Shown: positions 16,600-26,469, counted from the stretch's first letter. The stretch: DNA of 32,000 nt from Candidatus Omnitrophota bacterium (GCA_963662715.1 OY759724.1:240001-272000); one strand, 5' to 3'. Translations and numbers: made by a program. The notes: a model not told the origin generated them from the letters alone.

Positions 16600-19500
16600 T
16601 TATTCTGCTAGCATAAGCTGCGCTTGGGCGGTTTCCTTTTTGCCGGCTTGATCCATAACAGATATCTGCACAGTCCATTCCCTGCCGCCTCTCAAATGTG
16701 ATTCATCAATACGCATAACCCAGTCATTCTGCGCCTGGCTTTTAAAAGGACCGCCGACCTTTTTAAACCGCTTGGCCTTTTTGCCCCTTCCCACACCTAT
16801 CGTAAACTCCTGAAACGGACCGCGCACGGTCGCAAAAACATCCACGTAATCGATCCTTCTCTTCCGCTCCTGTTTCTGTATCCTTAACTCATTAATCCTA
16901 ACAGTTATTAAACCTTCAGGAGCTGTTCTTAAGGCTTCTGAAGCATTTAATAAGCCGGCCCCGGACTGATCGTCCCAGCCGGGGGAATACATGTCAACGG
17001 CCGTGGCCGTGAGGATATCTTCAATCTGCTCGTTCGTAAAGGCAGGATTATGCGCCAGCATCAAAGAAGCGGTCGCAGCAACCATCGGGGAGGCAAAAGA
17101 CGTTCCCGATTGAGTATAATACAAAGCGTTGCTTCCTTTATACCGTCCTTTTTTAAATGAATCCACGGAACGCAACGAATACACGTCTTCCCCCGGGGCA
17201 AGTAACCCATTATTAGCCCCCCAGTTGGAAATTGGGCTTCTCTCCCCGTTCATATCCAAAGATCCTACCGGGAAAATCCCTTTGGCAGAAGCCGGGCCGT
17301 GTTCCGAGATATTCTCGTTCACATTGCCGCTGGCGACTGTTATAAACGCGCCTTGTTCATAGGCCGCATTGATGGCCGCCTGTTCCATTTCAGAAACACC
17401 GCGGTTCCCCAGGCTGATATTTATCACCCGGGCTCCGTGATTGACCGCATAACGGACCGCACGGTAAATATTAAGGCTTGTGGCCTCTCCCTCTTCGTCA
17501 GCAACTTTCAGAGGCATAATGACAGCCCCGGGATTAATGCCGGCTATCCCGATTTGGTTATCCGTTTTAGCCGCAATAATACCGGCCACAAATGTCCCGT
17601 GACCTTTACGGTCGGTCAAATCATTGCTATTATCGATGAAGTTCCATCCGTGCACGTCGTCCACATACCCGTTAAGGTCATCATCCCGACCGTTTCCGGG
17701 GATTTCATTCTCATTCGTCCAGATATATTCCGGGCCGTCGGGATGCGTCATATCCAATCCGGAGTCGATGACCGCGACCAGGACATTCTTCTCCTGCCCG
17801 TCAATAACATTCCAGGCCGAATCAGGATCCGACTTAGGCGTAAAGCCGATTACGGATAAACCCCATTGATTTTCAACATCTTTTTTCTTTCCCCCTCCCG
17901 ATATCTCTCCAAACCCCAAGTTCAAACCACCTTCCGGTTTACTGCCCCCGAATATCCCCAGGAGCTTTTTCTTTTTTGCCTTTTGGGGTCCCAGGAAAAA
18001 CGGATCATTGGGGGTCTCCAAAGAAACGGCCTGATTCTTTTTCTTCCTGCGCTGCTCCAATTCCGAAGGACGAGGTTCGACTATTTTGCTGACTAATGTA
18101 CTTACCGCCTGTTTTAATAGTCCCTGAGGAGCAACCTTTTGAATATATTCGACAATACTCTGGGCCTGGCCGGCTTTCTCCAAGGCTTCCAAAATCGCTG
18201 CCGGGTTATTCTTAAGCTCTTCCTGAGAAATATTCCTTGCCAGAGAACCATCAGCGCCAAAAACAGCAAGAGCATTCTCGCCATTTGTTTTCCCGCAGGC
18301 CAAAACAGGGCCGTCGACCTGAATCTGCCGGGACGCATCCTGCCCGTACTCAGCAGAACCTGCGCCCGTATCTCCGGATATTTCCGGAGGGGTCTTCCCA
18401 AAATTTCTAACAGTAAAGCCGCTGAAACAATCATCGGTGTAATGTCGTTTCTCTCCCAATCCCTCCGCAAGAAGGCCGGCCATATCCTCAAGGGTCCCGA
18501 CCGTAACCTTTCCGCCGGTCAAGGCAGCCAATTTTTCAATCTCTGCCAGTTCTTGAGCGTTGACTTTAGCTAAAGCCATAACTGATTTCGGCGAGAAATT
18601 TTTTAATGACACCGGATCAAAATCCTTATTTAAAACAAAACGTGGCAACAGCGTTTCTATAACTACGGCCGCATAGGTGGCCTTGAACTTTTTGATATCA
18701 AAACACAGATGACAATCTTCGCCGCGGGGGATACACATCTGGTCAAGAGAAGCCTCTTCCTTTCCTGCGCCGGGGTAGAGTGCCGGGGTAGGGGTTGCGA
18801 GGGGCATCTGCCGCGAAGGATATTTACACGTACCCGGACAGGGCCCGCTTCTTAAATGACGTTCCAGACAGGAATCCTGCTGCTGAAGCTTAGGCTCACA
18901 GGTATGGCAGAACACCCCGTGAACCATGGTCTCCTCGCATCTTTCTGTCTGCCTGCGACACGTCCCGGGGCATGGCCCCACATACATCTCGTATTCGTCA
19001 CATGCCTGATCAGCGAGTCTTTTAGGGATACACAGATGGCAGGATGCCTCATCGACATAAGTCTTCATGCATACTTCCGTAGCGGCATTACAGGCAGGAC
19101 AGGGGCCGGGCAACATGTCGCCCTTCTCACATTCGTTTTTGGCTTCCTTGGGAGCACGGCACTGGTAACAATACCCCTCGGCCACACAAAGATAAAGTTT
19201 TTGACAGTTTTCCTCCTTGCATAATCCGACTTTCCAGCCGTCATAACACTCGATTCCTTTTATTTTACACTCATGACACACAGCTTTTCCCACACTCCCG
19301 TCCACACAGTAATGGCCCTCATCGATCTTGCAAGAGCCGGGACAACTGCCGGGAAAAAGCTCGCATTCCGCGCAAACATCTTCCTGGTCATCCGTCCGTT
19401 CTTTACACTGATAACACGGGCCATCGATGGGAAGGCACATCTCTCCTTTCGCACATGTCCCGTCCAAACAAAGCCCCGGCACATAGCCGACCGGGCAGTT

Positions 19501-20388
19501 GACCGAAGGCCAGCATCTATGGCAGTTTTCCCCCTCGACGGAAAAATTATCACAATTTTCACCCGTTTTACACGAGCCAGGACACAGACCGGCAAACATA
19601 TCCTTTTTCTGGCACTTTGCGGCCTGCCCCTCTTTTATACACTCCCAGCACGGCTTATCAAAATCATCTGTTCTTCTGCGGACACACTTTCCTTTATCCT
19701 TACACACCGCCCAGCACGCGTCATAATCCCCCGGGTAGCCGAGGTCAGAACAGGTCTTTTTGGGGGCACAGGCATGGCAGGCCGCGCCGTCCACCGGGAT
19801 GTAGGAACACTTCTCCTTGGCCTTGCTACATGTCCCGGGACATGATCCCGGCAGCAGTTCACGCTGTCCGCATTTGGCTTTGTCTTCTTCCCCCTTTTTG
19901 ACGCATTTTTTACATTGAAGTCTATATCCCGGGGGGGTATAAGAAATACAGGCCATGTCCTTACGGTCGCAGGTACTGCAATGGGAACCGACATCATCAC
20001 CAAAGTCGTAACACGACTTGCCTTTATCCATCGAGAGACATTCGCAGCAATAGGTTCCGTCTTTTATAACAACCGTAGAACAGTACGTCCCGGACTCATA
20101 ACAGGAGGCTTTTTTCCCCTTGGCCTCACATTTTTCTTTCAGGGTTTTCCCTATACATTTGTCAGCCGCCTCATCACACTCCTGGCCGGATTCACAGGGG
20201 ATATCCAGCTTCTGATAACATTTCCCGTTAGCCGCACAAAATTCCGTCCCGTTACAAAACAGGCCGTCATCGCAGTCCGGATCATTCACACATTTTTCTT
20301 TGGACGCATGCTGATCCCCCCAGGAGTGGGCAGGACATAATAAAGAGGAAAAGAATACCAGGGATAATACCAGAAAGAATTTCTTCAC
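16600..20388 (-). CDS. secreted subtilisin-like (S8) serine protease with a long N-terminal array of Cys-rich modules
   Basis: GTG start with GGAGGG 7 nt upstream, and a signal peptide (MKKFFLVLSLVFFSSLLCPAHS). Residues ~33-563 are Cys-rich repeats. The S8 triad motifs are VAVIDSGLD (D875, nt 17764-17766), HGTFVAGIIAA (H930, nt 17599-17601) and SGTSFASPMVAA (S1096, nt 17101-17103). Confidence 0.85.
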   Translation of the reverse strand: MKKFFLVLSLVFFSSLLCPAHSWGDQHASKEKCVNDPDCDDGLFCNGTEFCAANGKCYQKLDIPCESGQECDEAADKCIGKTLKEKCEAKGKKASCYESGTYCSTVVIKDGTYCCECLSMDKGKSCYDFGDDVGSHCSTCDRKDMACISYTPPGYRLQCKKCVKKGEEDKAKCGQRELLPGSCPGTCSKAKEKCSYIPVDGAACHACAPKKTCSDLGYPGDYDACWAVCKDKGKCVRRRTDDFDKPCWECIKEGQAAKCQKKDMFAGLCPGSCKTGENCDNFSVEGENCHRCWPSVNCPVGYVPGLCLDGTCAKGEMCLPIDGPCYQCKERTDDQEDVCAECELFPGSCPGSCKIDEGHYCVDGSVGKAVCHECKIKGIECYDGWKVGLCKEENCQKLYLCVAEGYCYQCRAPKEAKNECEKGDMLPGPCPACNAATEVCMKTYVDEASCHLCIPKRLADQACDEYEMYVGPCPGTCRRQTERCEETMVHGVFCHTCEPKLQQQDSCLERHLRSGPCPGTCKYPSRQMPLATPTPALYPGAGKEEASLDQMCIPRGEDCHLCFDIKKFKATYAAVVIETLLPRFVLNKDFDPVSLKNFSPKSVMALAKVNAQELAEIEKLAALTGGKVTVGTLEDMAGLLAEGLGEKRHYTDDCFSGFTVRNFGKTPPEISGDTGAGSAEYGQDASRQIQVDGPVLACGKTNGENALAVFGADGSLARNISQEELKNNPAAILEALEKAGQAQSIVEYIQKVAPQGLLKQAVSTLVSKIVEPRPSELEQRRKKKNQAVSLETPNDPFFLGPQKAKKKKLLGIFGGSKPEGGLNLGFGEISGGGKKKDVENQWGLSVIGFTPKSDPDSAWNVIDGQEKNVLVAVIDSGLDMTHPDGPEYIWTNENEIPGNGRDDDLNGYVDDVHGWNFIDNSNDLTDRKGHGTFVAGIIAAKTDNQIGIAGINPGAVIMPLKVADEEGEATSLNIYRAVRYAVNHGARVINISLGNRGVSEMEQAAINAAYEQGAFITVASGNVNENISEHGPASAKGIFPVGSLDMNGERSPISNWGANNGLLAPGEDVYSLRSVDSFKKGRYKGSNALYYTQSGTSFASPMVAATASLMLAHNPAFTNEQIEDILTATAVDMYSPGWDDQSGAGLLNASEALRTAPEGLITVRINELRIQKQERKRRIDYVDVFATVRGPFQEFTIGVGRGKKAKRFKKVGGPFKSQAQNDWVMRIDESHLRGGREWTVQISVMDQAGKKETAQAQLMLAE

Positions 20389-20584
20389 GGCTCGCCCTCC
20401 GGGTTGGCGGGTTAATGATAAGGATGCTTTTATCCTCTCGGAGCAAGGGAAAGTCTCTCAAATATCATTTAAGCGGATTCAATTTAGAAGTCAACAATAA
20501 ATACTTAAAATAGAGACATTATGAAGAATGGGAATACAGCTGTTACGGAAGGATATGAAATAGAGCAGAGGTCATTCCTAAAGA

Positions 20585-21388
20585 TTATGGAATGACAATA
20601 TGGCTGAGGTCGTCTTCCGGCGGGGGAATTTTCATCTTCAGATTTTTTAAAGTTTCCACGATAACATCGGCAATAACGTAATTGCGGTACCATTTATGGT
20701 TGGCAGGGACAATATACCAGGGCGCCCAGTCGGTGCTCGTTTTACTTAAAACAGCTTCATAAGCCGCGATATAATCATCCCATTTCCTGCGTTCTTCAAT
20801 ATCCTGGATCCGGAATTTCCATTGTTTGTCCGGCTCTTTCAGCCGGGCCTCAAGCCTGCTTTTTTGTTCATCAAGATCAATATGCAGGAAAAATTTCAGT
20901 ATTGTCGTGCCCTCATCAACAAGTATGCGTTCAAAATCATTAATATGATCATAGCGCCGTTCCCAAATCTTTTGGGGGACCAGATTATGAACCCGGACAA
21001 TCAGAACATCTTCGTAATGGCTACGGTTAAATATAACGATTTCACCGTTGGCCGGGACGTATTCATGGACCCGCCACAGATAATCGCGGGCCAATTCTTC
21101 ATGGGTCGGGCTCTTAAAACTCGCGACTTTGACGCCCTGCGGGTTGACGCCTTCAAACACATGGCGTATCGTTCCGTCTTTACCTCCTGTATCCATCGCC
21201 TGCAAGACGATCAGAACTCTGTGCCGCCCCTGGGCATATAATATTTCCTGCAGCTTTCCTAATTTTTTATTCAGCTGTTTTAAAGCCTTCTTCGCCTTGC
21301 TTTTGTCCTCCGGGAAGCCGCTGGTATCGTTCGGGTCCCATCGGCCCAGTTTTATTTTCTGTCCCGGCTCAACAAGATATTTCTTCAT
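20585..21388 (-). CDS. ppk2: polyphosphate kinase 2 family (polyphosphate:nucleotide phosphotransferase)
   Basis: VLIVLQAMDTGGKDGTIRHV Walker-A-like motif, then YLWRVH...GEIVIFNRSHYEDVL, with a length typical of single-domain PPK2. Confidence 0.9.
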   Translation of the reverse strand: MKKYLVEPGQKIKLGRWDPNDTSGFPEDKSKAKKALKQLNKKLGKLQEILYAQGRHRVLIVLQAMDTGGKDGTIRHVFEGVNPQGVKVASFKSPTHEELARDYLWRVHEYVPANGEIVIFNRSHYEDVLIVRVHNLVPQKIWERRYDHINDFERILVDEGTTILKFFLHIDLDEQKSRLEARLKEPDKQWKFRIQDIEERRKWDDYIAAYEAVLSKTSTDWAPWYIVPANHKWYRNYVIADVIVETLKNLKMKIPPPEDDLSHIVIP

Positions 21389-21459
21389 AGTTCAAAATCC
21401 CGGATCTTTTCATGCATATTCAAAAATTTTTTCCCGACGCAGGGCTGTCTCGAAATGCA

Positions 21460-21894
21460 TCAGTTTTCAATCTTAATATCAAGGGGGTACGGATGTCCGT
21501 GGCCTGATTGACAAAATTCCTTGAGACTTAACATGAAAAGAGCCCATTTTGTATTACAATGGGCGTAAAAACTTGACTGGTCTTCCCAGCCGGATTGGGC
21601 GAAAAACAAGTCTGACACACCGTCCCGTTCTTCAATCTCAAAGGTCAGAATTGTTTCTTTCCACTCTTCCTCCCCTCCGACACATTTCCATTTCACAAGT
21701 TCGTGCGGACAGAGCTCCAGGACTTCCATGACCGGGCCGGTCTCCGGGAAACGAAAGGCGAGTTTTTTCCCTTCCCGGCTTTCTCCCTCGACATGTGCTG
21801 TCCACCAGCCTTTAAGGCCGTCAACCGTAGCGATAGCGTCATAAACTTTCTCGGCCGGAGCATGAATATTAATTTTATGAACGATGTCTGGCAT
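21460..21894 (-). CDS. SRPBCC-superfamily (AHSA1 / activator of Hsp90 ATPase-like) protein
   Basis: N-terminus I.INAPAEKVYDAIATVDGLKGWWT is typical of AHSA1-domain bacterial proteins. 144 aa. Confidence 0.75.
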   Translation of the reverse strand: MPDIVHKINIHAPAEKVYDAIATVDGLKGWWTAHVEGESREGKKLAFRFPETGPVMEVLELCPHELVKWKCVGGEEEWKETILTFEIEERDGVSDLFFAQSGWEDQSSFYAHCNTKWALFMLSLKEFCQSGHGHPYPLDIKIEN

Positions 21895-22062
21895 GATGAA
21901 ACCCTTTCTTTAAACAAGTTCTTATATAAATGTTATTCTGTTCTTCTTTCTTCTCTTTTCTAAAAAAGCCCTTCTAAATGAGGCCTATTTTCTCACAAAA
22001 CGGGCAATAAATCAAACAATACATTCAATGACAAAAATATGGCGTGCTCCCCCGCTCGGAGC

Positions 22063-23613
22063 TCAAGGCTCCTGCCCTGCCTGACTGAGACATTTCTGCA
22101 AATCATAAATTCTGATTTGATTCTCCCGGGGGTCGACATGCCGCCAAAAGCGGAGCGTTTTTCTTAAGGAAGGGTATGCATGTTCCTGCATAACCCTCTC
22201 AAACAAGCGATCGTTGAACGCCCGGAACGACGCCTGAGGCGGACACGTCCCTTCGACATAAGAAATTAATGTGGACGGCCTTTTCCCTTCGGAAATGGCC
22301 TGCTGCGCCAAAATCAATTTATGCGGGTCCGTTATGACAAACCGTATGCCCTGGCGAAGATAGTCTGCCAGCTGTTCTTCCTTCTGGTCATCAAGCAAGA
22401 TCAGAGGCCGGTGCGCTGTATACCCTGACAACATAACATGATTGGTCGCCAGAATGCCGGACTCGGGGGCATATTGCCCTAGCCAGTCCGCAGCCTTCCG
22501 GATGCCTCCCTGCCAGAGACTGACCTCCCTGAAAGTTTTATATCCGCCGGCCATCAGCGTCAATCCGAAAAAAATGATACAAATTTTTTTCCCGCGCGGG
22601 GACCTGACGGTTTCAAGCATATTGAAAAAAGCCGCGACAGCCGTTATGGAAAGAAACGGAAGAGCGGGAGAGATAACACGGGGAAATTTAAACACGGCAA
22701 CGGAGCTCAACCCCAGCTGAATAAGGATAAAGACGACAAACAAAAATGTCGGATACCGGCCTCTCAGGAAAAACAGGCTCAACAAGATCAGAACACCTAT
22801 CAAAATCCCGTCGTAGGAGGAGAGAAAATACCCGTAGGCGTAAAAGGCCCATGGATCAAAATGCCAGGAAGAGTATCTCTGCGCGTAGTACCGCAGCAAA
22901 CCAAAATAAGAAATGTCCGTAAAGGCATAAAGGCACATCTCAAACAGAGCCCACACAAAGCAGGCAGAAAGGCCGAACAGGGCCAAACGGCCGAGCATTT
23001 TCAGGAAAAAATTTTTCCCGGGACGCCAGTAATATCCTTCCATCATGATGATAAGAAGCAATACCGACGCCGTCCGGTAATGGATCAAAAAAGCGCACCC
23101 GAAGCTGAGTCCCGCAGCAAGCTGATAAAACAGCCCCTTTTTTATGCCTTCATAATATCCATAGACACTTAAAAGCACAAAAAATATAGCCCCGGCATCA
23201 GGGAGTATTAACCGGCAATAAAAAACATGATAGGACGACACCGCCAGAAGAAAAGCACTCAAAAGGCCGACAGCATGCGAACGGTAGAAGCTCTTCGCAA
23301 AAAAATAGACCGCGGCTATCGTCGCCAGGCCGCAACAGGCCGAAAGATATTTCCCGGCGAGAAAACAACTGGGGATGAAGATACGCAATGCTGCGATCAT
23401 AAGGATCCACAGCATTTTAAGGTCTATATAGCGAGGAGGCGCCAGCGATTTCAAACACCCCTTCTGAAGGGACAGCCTTAACTGGACGATACGGTTGGCG
23501 ACATGAGCCTCGTCAAAAAAAACAACACACTGTTCCGGCAATCCATAAAACCTGATAACAGCCCCCAGAAGAATAATAGCGATAAGCAAGAGTGATGGAA
23601 TATGTTTTTTCAT
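22063..23613 (-). CDS. polytopic membrane glycosyltransferase, GT-C / family 39 (ArnT/PMT-like)
   Basis: 516 aa with about 10 or more TM segments, an early loop with FFDEAH (acidic DE motif after TM1) and a C-terminal soluble domain. Assigned by architecture, not by a strict motif match. Confidence 0.6.
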   Translation of the reverse strand: MKKHIPSLLLIAIILLGAVIRFYGLPEQCVVFFDEAHVANRIVQLRLSLQKGCLKSLAPPRYIDLKMLWILMIAALRIFIPSCFLAGKYLSACCGLATIAAVYFFAKSFYRSHAVGLLSAFLLAVSSYHVFYCRLILPDAGAIFFVLLSVYGYYEGIKKGLFYQLAAGLSFGCAFLIHYRTASVLLLIIMMEGYYWRPGKNFFLKMLGRLALFGLSACFVWALFEMCLYAFTDISYFGLLRYYAQRYSSWHFDPWAFYAYGYFLSSYDGILIGVLILLSLFFLRGRYPTFLFVVFILIQLGLSSVAVFKFPRVISPALPFLSITAVAAFFNMLETVRSPRGKKICIIFFGLTLMAGGYKTFREVSLWQGGIRKAADWLGQYAPESGILATNHVMLSGYTAHRPLILLDDQKEEQLADYLRQGIRFVITDPHKLILAQQAISEGKRPSTLISYVEGTCPPQASFRAFNDRLFERVMQEHAYPSLRKTLRFWRHVDPRENQIRIYDLQKCLSQAGQEP

Positions 23614-23776
23614 GATCTCAGGTCAAAAACGCCCTCATCAGGCCATAGAGGGGCATCATGGCCAAGGCCCTCCGGCGCCTTAAATAAAGAATTGCTTTTA
23701 TCGAAACATCCTGTCGTTCGCCATGTTTTGGATTACGGGCAAGGCAGAATGACTTGCCTTAAAAAGGGCAGAAAAA

Positions 23777-24313
23777 TCACAATTTCAAGTCTCGCGCAAG
23801 GTAATTCGACCGGTGAAAAAAGCTTCTTATCTTATCCTGAATCATCCGCATACGCTCTTCCTGGACTTTTTTTCTTTCAATATACTGTCCGATTCTTTCA
23901 GCGACTTGCTGTTTGCCAAGCTCAACCTTTTCCCGGTATATCTCATAAGCTTTATTTCTGTCCACCATGGTTTCCTTCCAGGTCTTATAGGCGTCGGCTC
24001 TTTGTTCTTTTAACTGCCTCTGAATTCGGGCTGTGTTCTCCTGCATCCTTTTTACGTTCTGCCGGGACTCGCTCACTTTAAGGATGCGCTCCTCAACGGC
24101 CCGCTTTCGCAGCAGCCTCTGCACGACGCCGCGGGGCTGGTGAGGAAGCACACGGCGGGTCTTTTGGACTTTAACAGCATCTTCGGTCTTTTCTCTTTTC
24201 TTTTCAGGCTCAAAAATAATCCGGTGGACCTCGTCCTGAATCTCCGCCCGGGACTCATTAGGGGCAAAACCAAGCGCCATACTTAAGAGAACAATAACGG
24301 CAACTTTGTTCAT
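23777..24313 (-). CDS. hypothetical exported coiled-coil protein
   Basis: The ATG at 24313 gives MNKVAVIVLLSMALGFAPNESRA (a signal peptide) followed by a charged K/E/R-rich helical sequence. The track start at 24379 adds 22 non-signal residues. It lies 75 nt downstream of the MORN gene. Confidence 0.5.
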   Translation of the reverse strand: MNKVAVIVLLSMALGFAPNESRAEIQDEVHRIIFEPEKKREKTEDAVKVQKTRRVLPHQPRGVVQRLLRKRAVEERILKVSESRQNVKRMQENTARIQRQLKEQRADAYKTWKETMVDRNKAYEIYREKVELGKQQVAERIGQYIERKKVQEERMRMIQDKIRSFFHRSNYLARDLKL

Positions 24314-24388
24314 CGGGACCCTCTCAATGAAAATCACCCTTTTATCTTTCACCTTACTCCTGCCAGAGGGAAAAGTCAATATAAGGCC

Positions 24389-25558
24389 CTATTCATCATC
24401 AATAAGGATCCTCTCCCCTGTGCCGGTAAAATTCCCGTTTTTAAATTCCCCCTCATATTTTTTCCCGTTGGCATAAGTAAAAACACCGTGGCCATGGAAC
24501 ATATTATTTCTAAATTCCCCCTCATAAGCATGCCCCCTGGCATACATAATTTTTCCTTTCCCGTGACACTTGCTCGCCTTGAAATCTCCTTCATACCGGC
24601 TGCCGTCCGCATAAAACAGCAAACCTTCCCCATCCAGTTCCTTTCCTTTCACTTCCCCTTTATATTTGCGCCCGTCAGAATAAAGGATCAAAACATTGCC
24701 AGAGAGCTCCCCGTCTTTAAACTCCCCTTCATAAACAGTCCCGTCCGGATAAGAAAGGCTCCCTTTCCCGGAGAAAGCGTTATGATAATAATTCCCCTTA
24801 TACGTCCTGCCGTCGTTAAATTCCGTCTTACCTTTCCCGGACAACTCTCCGTTTTTAAATTCACCCTCATATTTTGTCCCGTTGGCATAGATCAACGTCC
24901 CCTCACCGTTCATGACATTATTCTCAAAATTTCCCTCGTAGACATTGCCGTTGGGGAATTCACATTTCCCGGGGCCGTCCAAATTCCCTTTTCTGAAAAA
25001 TCCCGAGATGACCGTGCCGTTACTGTAGATGAATCTTCCTTTGCCGTAATAAAGGCCGTCTTTAAAATACCCGTCAAATTTATCCCCGCTGTTATAAGTT
25101 ATTTTTCCCTTGCCCTCAAATACGCCCTTCTTGAACCCCCCGACGTACTGATAAGACGGGGTTGTCATAACACCATAACCATCCATAAGATTTTTAAAGA
25201 AATCACCCTTATATTTCGTTCCGTTCGGGTGAAGGTACACGCCTTCCCCGTCAGCAAGTCCGTTTTTGTATTCCCCGACATACCTCTCGCCGTTATGGCG
25301 GGCATACGTCCCTTTCCCGTGCATAAGGCCGTTCTTGAACTGGCCTTCATATTTATCCCCGTTCTTCCAGACCAACGTCCCTGTGCCATGCAAAAGTCCG
25401 TTCATGAATTCGCCTTCGTAGACAGCGCTGTCTGGCAGGGTGACTGTTCCGTATCTTTTATCAACAATTTCCGGGGAAGCCGGACGCACGGCACAGAAAA
25501 AGAAAAAAACAATTAAAGCTTTAAGATAACAAGGCTTACAAAGCATGCACAACCTCAT
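24389..25558 (-). CDS. MORN-repeat protein with N-terminal signal/anchor
   Basis: Fifteen consecutive ~23-aa repeats of the Y-x-G-x-[FW]-x-x-G-x-x-x-G-x-G type (YEGEFKNGELSGKGK... and variants) between about nt 24410 and 25420. The N-terminus is hydrophobic (LKALIVFFFFCAV). Confidence 0.85.
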   Translation of the reverse strand: MRLCMLCKPCYLKALIVFFFFCAVRPASPEIVDKRYGTVTLPDSAVYEGEFMNGLLHGTGTLVWKNGDKYEGQFKNGLMHGKGTYARHNGERYVGEYKNGLADGEGVYLHPNGTKYKGDFFKNLMDGYGVMTTPSYQYVGGFKKGVFEGKGKITYNSGDKFDGYFKDGLYYGKGRFIYSNGTVISGFFRKGNLDGPGKCEFPNGNVYEGNFENNVMNGEGTLIYANGTKYEGEFKNGELSGKGKTEFNDGRTYKGNYYHNAFSGKGSLSYPDGTVYEGEFKDGELSGNVLILYSDGRKYKGEVKGKELDGEGLLFYADGSRYEGDFKASKCHGKGKIMYARGHAYEGEFRNNMFHGHGVFTYANGKKYEGEFKNGNFTGTGERILIDDE

Positions 25559-25660
25559 TCCTAGAAATGCTCATAACAGAAAGGATATTAAAACTATTCC
25601 TGGATACATTGATTATAACATGAACTGAAGATTTCCGCAGATTATAAGGAATTTCATCAC

Positions 25661-26233
25661 CTACATCAACAAATGAGAGAGCAGAATCCTGACTCCGATC
25701 AAGATGAGGATCGCCCCTCCGATAATTTCAATCTTCTCCTCAAACAGCTCTCCATATCTGCTGCCCAGAAAAATCCCGATGAAAGACATAATAAAAGTCA
25801 TTATCCCGATAACGATGGCGGGGAAAATAATCCAAACACGGAGAAAGGCAAAACTGAGCCCCACAGCCAGAGCATCCATGCTGGTCGCGACGGATAATCC
25901 GAGCAATATAAATCCTGTCATTGCTTTTTCCGCCCGTTCAACGCGTTCAATTCTTACCGCTTCGTATATCATTTTTATACCGATAGCGACAAGCAGGCCA
26001 AAGGCAATCCAATGGTCAATATTCAGGATAAGGGAACGGAATGTGTGTCCCGCCCCCCAGCCGATCACGGGCATGACCATCTGAAAACCGCCGAACATCA
26101 CGCCGAACGTCAATGCTTTTTTAACCTTCTGTCTTTTTATAATCACGCCGGAAGCAATAGAAACGGCAAACGCATCCATGGCCAAACCCAAGGCGATGAA
26201 TAAAACAGAAGCTATGTCCATTTGAACGGGCAT
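25661..26233 (-). CDS. mntP: manganese efflux pump MntP (DUF204 family)
   Basis: 190 aa with two internal repeats, each carrying the MDAFAVS / MDALAVG motif, and six TM segments. Confidence 0.85.
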   Translation of the reverse strand: MPVQMDIASVLFIALGLAMDAFAVSIASGVIIKRQKVKKALTFGVMFGGFQMVMPVIGWGAGHTFRSLILNIDHWIAFGLLVAIGIKMIYEAVRIERVERAEKAMTGFILLGLSVATSMDALAVGLSFAFLRVWIIFPAIVIGIMTFIMSFIGIFLGSRYGELFEEKIEIIGGAILILIGVRILLSHLLM

Positions 26234-26403
26234 AATTTTCTTTTCATTTTAAATTGATTTTCTGTATCCCGGTTCCTAAATATCCGGTAACAGGCTGAAC
26301 TGAACTCACCCTTCCTGACTTCATCTCTATAATCTTTATCTCAATTTTATCAGGGCTTCGGGAACTGTCATCTTTTTTATATTTTAAATCAGCGCCCCCT
26401 TCC

Positions 26404-26448
26404 CAAACAAAAAGGGCATGATGACAATCCCTTGTCTCATCATGCCCT
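26404..26448 (-). terminator. rho-independent terminator after the peroxiredoxin gene
   Basis: Minus strand reads AGGGCATGATGA-gacaagggattg-TCATCATGCCCT followed by TTTTGTTT. Confidence 0.75.
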
Positions 26449-26469
26449 TATTCTTCAAAAACGAAAAGT

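Noticed and set aside
24410-25420. Periodic DNA (69-nt period) that could be mistaken for a tandem repeat or CRISPR-like array.
   Set aside because: The periodicity is at protein level (MORN units) and the DNA copies are diverged. There are no identical direct repeats with unique spacers, and no CRISPR array is seen anywhere in the window.
24488-25516. 342-aa plus-strand ORF antisense to the MORN gene. Similar long antisense ORFs occur inside other genes (7286..7738, 8274..8723, 8952..9398, 10293..10775, 17299..17859, 18139..18573, 19273..19845, 19915..20340, 20822..21241, 23602..24081).
   Set aside because: Each lies wholly inside a longer opposite-strand gene that has clear family motifs. 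The antisense ORFs have no SD and low-complexity or odd composition. They are open-frame shadows of repeat-rich or biased coding sequence.
26234-26403. Looked for a yybP-ykoY manganese riboswitch in the ~170-nt leader of mntP, since mntP is a classic target of that riboswitch.
   Set aside because: The conserved GGGGAGUAG and UUGACAUA-type elements, as I remember them, are not present. Only a loose AGGGUGAGUU stretch is seen. A covariance-model scan would settle it. The leader remains unexplained but is not called.
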